In this document: positions 63,336-64,000 of the stretch, in pieces | Layout of the letters: every line of letters starts with the position of its first letter | Numbering within the stretch: the stretch's first letter is position 1 | From: an uncultured Christensenella sp. | GTDB taxonomy: Bacteria > Bacillota > Clostridia > Christensenellales > UBA1242 | Assembly: GCA_949296965.1 (NCBI GenBank) | Contig: CASFQL010000012.1 | Coordinates: 36,259 to 100,258, forward strand | Length of the DNA: 64,000 nucleotides | Direction: 5' to 3' | The notes under the pieces: generated by a model | Database searches by the model: none | The model's input: the letters and a program-made list of their open reading frames with translations, nothing else | Told to the model about the DNA's origin: nothing | Position numbers and translations under genes: made by a program

Positions 63336-63896
63336 TTAAATATTATAATTTTTAATTATTTGAATTATTTCAGGGATATCTTTTACGCCAGAAGTTTTTC
63401 CAAAATGTCCTTTATCTTTTAAAAAAATTTCAGTTGAATTAGATAATTTTGAATACAAATGTATATTTTCTTGCTTCCATATATGATCGTTATTACTATA
63501 AATATTAAAGCAATAATCAACTAATTTATTAAATTCCTTGAACTCATCTTGGCTTGGAACAAAAGGCTCTAAAAAATCAAAGTCTTCACCCATCTTTTCC
63601 GTTGCAACACCACCTGCTACCATAATGCAAAGTTTTGTTTTTATATTATTCTTAGTAAGATATTTTACAATAAAGTTTGTTCCTAAACTATGACAAATTA
63701 TTACATCAGCGCACTTTATGTCTTTTATGTAATTATCCATTTCTTTAAACCAAGAACTTAATGTAATTTGCTTTTTTGTTGTGAAAATAGGTTCAATTAT
63801 TTTATAATCTATTTTTTTAAGTTCTTCTTTCAGTTTCTTGCCAAAAGATTGGTCAAGGCTTCCACTCATTCCGTGAATTAAAATCGCTTTCTTCAT
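63336..63896 (-). CDS. Small alpha/beta-fold serine hydrolase (YdeN/RBBP9-like)
   Basis: 186 aa. N-terminus MKKAILIHGMSGS, nucleophile elbow ICHSLGT and a C-terminal GHFG region. Confidence 0.55.
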   Translation of the reverse strand: MKKAILIHGMSGSLDQSFGKKLKEELKKIDYKIIEPIFTTKKQITLSSWFKEMDNYIKDIKCADVIICHSLGTNFIVKYLTKNNIKTKLCIMVAGGVATEKMGEDFDFLEPFVPSQDEFKEFNKLVDYCFNIYSNNDHIWKQENIHLYSKLSNSTEIFLKDKGHFGKTSGVKDIPEIIQIIKNYNI

Positions 63897-64000
63897 TTTT
63901 CACCTTCCGAGTAGTTATAACAAAAAGTATAAAAAATGTCTATTGTTTATATTATAATTTCTAAGATTAAAATAGTTATTCTTTTAATCTAAAATGAGTA

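Noticed and set aside
1-64000. Alternative genetic code (4 or 25), considered because of the Mollicutes-like base composition.
   Set aside because: Trp is encoded by TGG throughout. The 33.8-kb Gly- and Trp-containing ORF is open under the standard code with no in-frame TGA. All ORFs terminate at TAA or TAG with sensible lengths. Only the avoidance of TGA is kept, as a low-interest finding.
1-64000. Prophage, integrative element, transposon or known defence island.
   Set aside because: I recognised no integrase, transposase, recombinase, phage structural, restriction-modification, Cas or toxin-antitoxin signatures. No flanking direct repeats or tRNA attachment sites were recognised either.

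Overview
Very AT-rich DNA, by eye about 25-30 % G+C and much lower between genes. It looks like a chromosomal segment of a low-GC Bacillota or Mycoplasmatota-like bacterium. Decoding appears standard: Trp is TGG, and TGA appears neither in frame nor as a stop. I support 26 complete ORFs plus one truncated gene. I saw no rRNA, tRNA, CRISPR, transposase or integrase.

The dominant feature is one uninterrupted 33.8-kb ORF (21417-55223, +) that fills more than half the window and encodes an 11,268-aa protein. Its parts, in order:
- an N/S-rich cytoplasmic head and a single N-terminal TM anchor;
- roughly 40-50 (eye count) Listeria-Bacteroides-type (InlB B-repeat / Flg_new-like) repeats in four arrays;
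- a BspA-type leucine-rich-repeat block;
- seven divergent copies of a composite module made of a conserved cap, a GGAIY/GGGIY PMP-type parallel beta-helix and a stalk;
- a unique C-terminal tail of about 270 aa with no recognisable wall-anchor motif.

Upstream of the giant gene lies a 1.2-kb, extremely AT-rich non-coding region. It holds three perfect TTATCCACA (DnaA-box consensus) 9-mers, two of them inside a 14-9-14 palindrome.

Flanking genes, left to right:
- an overlapping GT2 (CsbB/GtrB-like) plus YfhO pair;
- two separate MarR-DegV modules, each behind a palindromic operator, the second followed by an Fe-ADH gene;
- an ABC-2 exporter pair;
- three small tandem hypothetical genes and a GC-rich gene remnant;
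- a YdjG/H/I-like SPFH and zinc-ribbon cluster;
- a phosphohexomutase, a DUF1015 protein and Tex;
- an asymmetric heterodimeric ABC exporter;
- a YpsA-like SLOG protein;
- a small initiating sugar-phosphate transferase plus a Wzx-like flippase;
- a cupin, a zinc-ribbon membrane protein and a small alpha/beta hydrolase.

Non-coding structure worth noting:
- two copies of a ~95-nt multi-stem element with compensatory stem changes;
- 88-91-bp tandem repeats;
- a 37-bp phased motif;
- a 13-nt x4 microsatellite.

All family assignments rest on motif reading by eye. No database search was run.
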